Of a DNA stretch of 41,467 nt, positions 39,290 through 41,467 are shown in pieces. The stretch's first letter is position 1. Each line of letters begins with the position of its first letter. Origin of the DNA: Octopus sinensis (Eukaryota); the NCBI RefSeq assembly GCF_006345805.1, contig NW_021832364.1, positions 1 through 41,467 of the forward strand. The letters run 5' to 3'. The notes under the pieces were generated by a model, which was not told the origin of the DNA, searched no databases, and saw only the letters and a program-made list of their open reading frames with translations. The translations under genes and the position numbers were made by a program.

Positions 39290-40160
39290 GTTATTAAAAT
39301 GTTATAATGAAGTATTATATATGCATTGGAGTAACATTATAAATCAACTTGACGTAAACATTCAATTCACGATGGAATATAGCCAGCATCAACGTCCTTT
39401 CCTCGACATCCTCATTAAGAAATCTAACAACGTAACAGAAACAGATGTACACTATAAGCTCACGGACTTTAAGCAATATCTGCCATTCAACTCATGCCAC
39501 CCCAGACACACCAGAATGAATATCCCCTTCAACATAGCAAAAACGATATGTACTAAATTTGCTAATACAAACACCAGATACACACGACTACATGAACCGA
39601 GAGATCAGAGTTCTCCTTCAAACAGTGAAAAGCAACGTCACATGAGCTTCGGAGAACCCGGTATACGCACTAACCTACTCTGGATGTCAAGAGCAGTACA
39701 TAGGCCAAACAAAAAACTGTCTACGTAAAAGAATGACTCTGCACAGATCCCAGATTAAAATTTCCCAAAACAGAAAAATAGCATTCAGCCAACACATAGA
39801 CATTTGCGCAAATAACAAATATCCAAGCTTCAGAATTTTTCGCCTCTACCAATTCAGGGACGATACAAACTAACGAATTAGTAAAGAGACTCTCTTTATT
39901 ACAAAATACAGACCCATTTTGAACGCATCTACAACAAACGACATATCCACCACAGCCTTAGAATAACACAAACAAACACGCAAATATTAAAAATGATACT
40001 GTCAAGAGATTCCCAATAATTCCTTAAAAACAGTCCCAATCACTGCTAAAATCCACATCGAATCACTTTTAGGGAGCTTGACCATTTAACATTCTGCTAG
40101 TATCATAGCACCTGCATTCTCTTTTCATTCTCTCTTCTCTTTCTCCTTCTTCTTCTTCGT
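39290..40160 (+). mobile_element. Penelope-like element 3' part (RT C-terminus, GIY-YIG, 3' UTR)
   Basis: NQLDVNIQFTME...PFLDILIKK..TDVHYKLTDFKQYLPFNSCHPRHTRMNIPF, then in another frame ENPVYALTYSGCQEQYIGQTKNCLRKRMTLHRSQI...KETLFITKYRPILN. Confidence 0.9.
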
Positions 40161-40241
40161 ATTCTTCCTCTCCGCTACCACCTTCCTAACTTTACCAGTA
40201 TTGCTGTTTAGAATAACACCTACGCAAATTGTACATCAATA

Positions 40242-41248
40242 TGAGGGCTGTATGAAAAGCTTCGAGCCTAACGTTTAAACGGGCCTGCTAGATAGCTAAA
40301 ACATTTTTTCTGCTAAGTACAGTCTTTTTCGGAGTATTCTTGCTCATTTTCATTATTCTGATATTTTAATTTCTTTTTTTCAGATTTTTGAATAAACAAG
40401 TGTCGAGGTTACAGGGAAAAGGGGAGAAAACTGAGTATCGTACCTTCATTTGAAAGGCATAACTTCATCATGAAGATATGGTGAGAACATCAATAGACCT
40501 CAATGCTCCTTCATATGCAACAGTCAAACGCTGGGTAAATGTATTCCAGCGTGGCAGGGAGCGTGTGAAAGATGATCCCAGACGAGAGAGACCTCCAACT
40601 GCAACCACCAAGGACAAACTTGACCTTGATCTTGGCTTGATAATACAAGATCGCCGAATATCATGTCATCAGATAGCCGAGAGACTGGGCTTCTCCACTG
40701 AAAGGACAGACAACATTGTGACAAAATATATTAAGTTCTCAAAGGTCTCCGCAAGGTGGGTCCCTCCTCTTTTGACTCCTGAACAGAAACGCACCAGGTG
40801 CACCTTGTCCATGAGTAATGTAGAACTGTTTCAAACCGATGAAGAGAATTTTCTTGCTCGTTTCATTACTATGGTTGAAAGTTGGGTTCATCACTACCAG
40901 CCTGAAACCAAAGAACAGTCAAAGCAGAAAGCACACATCTACTCCTACTCCAAAGGAGACCAGGGTCATTCTTTCATCTGGCAAGGTCATGGCGTCTGTT
41001 TTGGGGGGATACTCAAGGTGACTTGCTAATCGGTTACCTTGAAGAGGGTCACACCGTGACAGGGATGTATTATTCTCTGCAACTGAAACGCCTCCGAGAA
41101 GCTAACAAAGAAAAAGGCTGGGAATGCTCACCAGAGTAGTCCTCCAGCGCACACCTCAGTGGTTGCCATGTCAACAATTCGTAATTGTGGGTACGAACTT
41201 GTTCCCCATCCGCCTTATTTGCCAGACTTAGCTCCTTCGGACTTTCAT
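40242..41248 (+). pseudogene. Mariner (DD34D-type) transposase pseudogene within a transposon remnant, 3' end lost
   Basis: TA|TGAGGGCTG left end. APSYATVKRWV..F..GRE...DDPR..RP, KVSARWVPPLLT, ITMVESWVHHYQPETKEQS, SGKVMASV, HPPYLPDLAPSDF. First catalytic Asp reads Val, the HDN(A) motif is missing, and there are frameshifts. Confidence 0.93.
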
Positions 41249-41379
41249 ACACCCTGCGTACATTCAAAAGAGATGTCTCAAGAATTCAATCACTACTACC
41301 ATTCACAACAAGTCACTTTCAGGGCACTTGACCATTTAACATCCTACTACTATCATAGCACTCCCGCATGCATCTAATC

Positions 41380-41467
41380 TTCTCCTTTTTCTTCTTCTTC
41401 TTCTTTTCTTCTCTTCTTCTTCTTCTTCTTCTTTCTTCTTCTTCTTCTTCTTCTTCTTCTCTTCTTC
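41380..41467. repeat. (TTC)n microsatellite
   Basis: Direct inspection. Confidence 0.95.

Noticed and set aside
40478-41029. Intact or domesticated transposase (183-aa ORF)
   Set aside because: Catalytic residues altered or deleted, frameshifts, 3' truncation.

Overview
AT-rich, microsatellite-dense eukaryotic DNA. The repeat families look like those of an octopus/cephalopod genome; this is my recognition of the repeats, not a database result. I recognise no intact protein-coding gene. Nearly every ORF in the supplied track is an artefact of simple repeats or a transposon remnant. The window holds many copies of a tRNA-derived SINE family (single, nested and concatemerised), two other SINE types, two R4/Dong-clade LINE fragments, two RTE 3' ends, Penelope-like fragments, two decayed mariner elements, two MITEs and a 2.1-kb (AAT)n tract. 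The least explained structure is 25150-27467. It is a ~600-bp unit repeated about four times, switching strand in the middle. Each unit carries a canonical GT-AG intron, and splicing joins a frame with an internal EGTNS repeat, so the array may be amplified exons of a repetitive protein. Its copies differ mostly by 1-bp indels, so assembly error must be excluded first. Also notable: a 148-bp near-perfect hairpin (22723-22870), an RTE tail with three C2H2 fingers, and a precise recurrent SINE head-to-tail junction.
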